From: Vicugna vicugna
Taxonomy: Eukaryota
Direction of reading: 5' to 3'
DNA length: 64,000 nt
NCBI GenBank assembly: GCA_013265495.1
Contig: MU058009.1
Location: 1,550,001-1,614,000 of the forward strand
In this document: positions 63,981 through 64,000 of the stretch, piece by piece
Layout: each line of letters starts with the position of its first letter
Numbering within the stretch: position 1 is the stretch's first letter
Notes under the pieces: model-generated
The model's database searches: none
What the model was told of the DNA's origin: nothing
The model's input: the letters and a program-made list of their open reading frames with translations, nothing else
Translations under genes and position numbers: made by a program

Positions 63981-64000
63981 GGGGGGGTGGGGGGGTGGAG

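Noticed and set aside
1-64000. CRISPR arrays, operons, rRNA, prokaryotic or viral defence systems
   Set aside because: The sequence is spliced mammalian DNA. I saw no regularly spaced repeat-spacer array, rRNA or intact retroviral ORF.

Overview
Mammalian genomic DNA, probably camelid (inferred from a tRNA-Ala-like SINE with an AAATAAATAAACCTAATTAC tail). The window holds the 3' part of ETS1 on the minus strand. Seven coding exons (classical III-IX: 63110-62991, 61278-61078, 57924-57847, 56798-56550, 52340-52080, 35636-35518, 34569-34354) all have AG/GT boundaries. They total 1244 nt, which with the usual 82-nt first coding exon outside the window gives the 441-aa protein. A ~3.5 kb 3'UTR carrying many miRNA seed sites runs to about 30800. 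Positions 1-30800 are intergenic, with L1, L2, MIR, MaLR and SINE remnants and an orphan CpG island near 4.5-5.2 kb. Six N blocks look like true-length masks rather than gaps. There are no prokaryotic-type systems and I cannot support a wholly new biological system. The best leads are splicing and RNA hypotheses: a recursive-splice-like AG|GTAAG start on skippable exon VII, an inverted SINE pair around exon V, a possible proximal poly(A) site upstream of the miRNA sites, and an apparent Thr-to-Ala change at the inhibitory helix H5 N-cap. Repeat boundaries and family names were read by eye and are approximate.
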